From Dipteris shenzhenensis (lineage: Eukaryota), in assembly GCA_047967505.1 (NCBI GenBank), contig CM106538.1: a stretch of 64,000 nucleotides of DNA; one strand, written 5' to 3'. Positions 63,701 through 64,000 of the stretch are shown here, piece after piece (the stretch's first letter is position 1; the number at the start of each line of letters is the position of its first letter). A model generated the notes under the pieces. The model did no database searches. It was not told the DNA's origin and worked only from the letters and a program-made list of their open reading frames with translations. The translations under genes were made by a program, and so were the position numbers.

Positions 63701-64000
63701 AGATCCATGCACCAATTGTGATGTTGGGATACAAGGTATCCATGGTTTTGCTAAGAGATGGGCCAAGCAGGAAAGAGACAAATTTTGCAAGGATAATTCT
63801 TTGTTGTCTATAATTCAAGAAAGTCTAAATATGTCTATAATGGGTGATCCCAAGGATGCATATATTTCTACTCGATTGGTGGAGTGTGAGTTGGCCATTA
63901 ACACTAGTTTGGTAACATAACATGACATAAAAGTGTCTTTTTGAGGTTTTGGCAAAAAAATCACAACTTGATGTAGATGTGCTTTTTGGTGATTTCCTCT

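Noticed and set aside
61290-64000. Short ORFs right of the CACTA element
   Set aside because: No recognisable motif, splice pattern or terminal structure. Probably old TE debris, but I cannot support a call.

Overview
Eukaryotic land-plant genomic DNA: GT-AG introns, plant gene families, and many (GA)n/(CA)n microsatellites. The species cannot be determined from the sequence. I can reconstruct two intact intron-containing host genes, both on the minus strand. One is a 5-exon GH28 polygalacturonase-like gene (7105-9512, 457 aa). The other is a 5-exon CYP72-clan cytochrome P450 most reminiscent of CYP735A cytokinin hydroxylases (40697-43990, 548 aa). The rest is mostly transposable elements: a gag-only copia-like element next to an inverted solo LTR of the same family as its 3' LTR (1-3858); a decayed Ty3/gypsy element (~16.2-19.9 kb); a small non-autonomous LTR element (20988-27345) carrying a nested chromovirus whose pol core is replaced by a Ty1/copia fragment (21860-26298); a complete but decayed copia element (31450-36141, TSD AACTA) inserted in a partial CACTA-type element; LINE fragments; a hAT-type MITE; a tRNA-like SINE head; and a complete 7989-bp En/Spm (CACTA-superfamily) element (53298-61286). 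That element has non-canonical CACAA termini, an ATG TSD, an intron-rich transposase and a divergently oriented second gene. It, the gypsy/copia chimera and a ~1.15-kb purine/pyrimidine palindrome (13790-14955) are the most unusual structures. All family assignments come from motif recognition by eye; no database searches were run.
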